Shown here: positions 62,736-64,000 of the stretch, in pieces
Layout of the letters: each line of letters begins with the position of its first letter
Position numbering within the stretch: position 1 is the stretch's first letter
Assembly (NCBI GenBank): GCA_977018835.1
Contig: OZ361256.1
Span: forward strand, 3,472,001-3,536,000
Reading direction: 5' to 3'
Length of the DNA: 64,000 bases
Source: Minutocellus sp. GHC0000111
Taxonomy: Eukaryota
The notes under the pieces: model-generated
What the model was told of the DNA's origin: nothing
The model's database searches: none
The model's input: the letters and a program-made list of their open reading frames with translations, nothing else
Made by a program: the position numbers and the translations under genes

Positions 62736-62927
62736 CCAATACTGCGTACGGTACTAGTACGATTATATAGTATCATGCTAGATCGACCAGACTAATTTGT
62801 TACTTTTCTTCTGAGCGCAACTTAGCTAGCCTACTGGAAAAGAGATGATGTCCAAGCTTTCTTTCATTGCAACTTGATCTGATCTTAAATCGGATGGCTC
62901 GTGTTACATGTATTATCTCAAGCAAAT

Positions 62928-63879
62928 CTATCCACCACGGACGGGGCGGACGTACGCATTGATGTCCAGAGGCGCCCAGCAATGGGTATTGTCAGCATAA
63001 AGCTGGATGCGATAGGCGTTGCCATCATCCCACTGCTTGATGACGACGCCCCGCTCCCACTGGCCGATGTTGGCCTCGACAGTGCTGCCGACCGCAAAGC
63101 GGAGCTCATCGGTGACTTTACAGGCCTCAAAGCCCTCCTTCAGAAAGGCAACATCGAGGTTCTTGCCAATGAAGACGAATCGGCTCCCACGCTTTTCATC
63201 AGGAATCGGCTCCCACGCTTTTCATCAGGCTTCCACGCGCCCTGGAAATTTCCGGAGAACATCATTCCAACGCCTTGGAAGACAAACTTCTCGTCTTTGC
63301 CCTTGACAGCGATGACACCCTTGTAGCGGTAGAGGTTGGCACCGTCCTCCATGATGAGACGCTGAATCCAGCGCTCCACCATGGAGATATTGACCTCTCC
63401 TTCAAACTTGGAGGACGTGGACACGATTGACTTATCGTGCTCATGCTCGGCATCAGGATCGTCGAGGAACTCTGGCTCGAACTCCAAGACGCGCTTGAGA
63501 TCGAAGGCACCAATGTTGAGAAGATCCTTGGGAGAGATCTTGCCATGCTGGGCACGAAGAATGGGTGCCGTGGGAGTGAGCTTACGAAGGCGATCCTCGA
63601 TGTTCTTGAGCTCGGCTTCATCCTTGACGATGTCCGTCTTGTTGAGGATGATCTATGGTGGGAGCGGAGCAAATTTAATAGGATGTATTTGTCAGAAGGA
63701 TATTTGGTGCGTACATCTGAATGGTACATTTTGATATACATGTACATTCGAGATTTGTAACATGTAGTACATGGTGGGTGTTCTGGACACGAAAAAATAT
63801 TATCAAACATCTCAGAATACATGTATAATAACTTACCCTATCGGCAAAGACAACCTGCTCGACGGCCTCGTTCTCCACC
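62928..63879 (-). pseudogene. COG0523/CobW-family metal-chaperone GTPase, 3' part; frameshifted by a 26-bp duplication (5' end beyond window)
   Basis: ENEAVEQVVFADR|IILNKTD, HEHD, LYRYKGVIAVKG, FVFQGV, SRFVFIGKNLD; intron 63836..63653; stop TAG 62930-62928. Confidence 0.9.
63177..63228. repeat. Perfect 26-bp tandem duplication inside the CobW-family gene
   Basis: GAATCGGCTCCCACGCTTTTCATCAG at 63177-63202 and 63203-63228. Confidence 0.95.
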
Positions 63880-64000
63880 CTATTTAATCATGATCAAGTA
63901 AATGAATGTGTAGTAGTCAAGATGATGGGATTAGTCACAAATGATAAATGCATGTACATCATACAGATGTATATATTACAAATCGTACAGATACAGTTCG

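Noticed and set aside
1..64000. rRNA, tRNA, or prokaryotic operon/defence system
   Set aside because: None recognised; gene structure is spliceosomal and eukaryotic throughout. Small ncRNAs could be missed by eye.

Overview
Eukaryotic nuclear DNA, almost certainly from a diatom. Evidence: short GT-AG introns, bipartite plastid-targeting presequences of the ASAFAP type (ArgC, ACP, PDZ-like protein), multi-HA-domain proteins and PSSxPS-rich secreted proteins. About 27 genes can be reconstructed. About 15 of them carry clear disabling lesions: in-frame TAA/TAG/TGA, 1-77 bp indels, destroyed splice sites, a 5' truncation, a 1.77 kb tandem duplication, and one kinase gene whose segments are inverted and re-ordered at short microhomologies. 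Those affected include housekeeping genes (argC, syntaxin-16, Sec1/Munc18, ABCB, CobW). The pattern fits a redundant chromosome segment or haplotype in early neutral decay, although a low-quality or amplified-DNA assembly cannot be excluded from sequence alone. Separately, about a dozen intergenic spacers contain dense patches of nested perfect palindromes built from CTAG/AGCT/GATC/TACGTA words (up to 24 bp). One coding frameshift falls in or immediately beside a perfect 20-bp palindrome, hinting at a palindrome-generating (template-switch) process. No rRNA, tRNA, CRISPR array or recognisable transposase/RT was seen. All family assignments are by motif recognition, not by database search.
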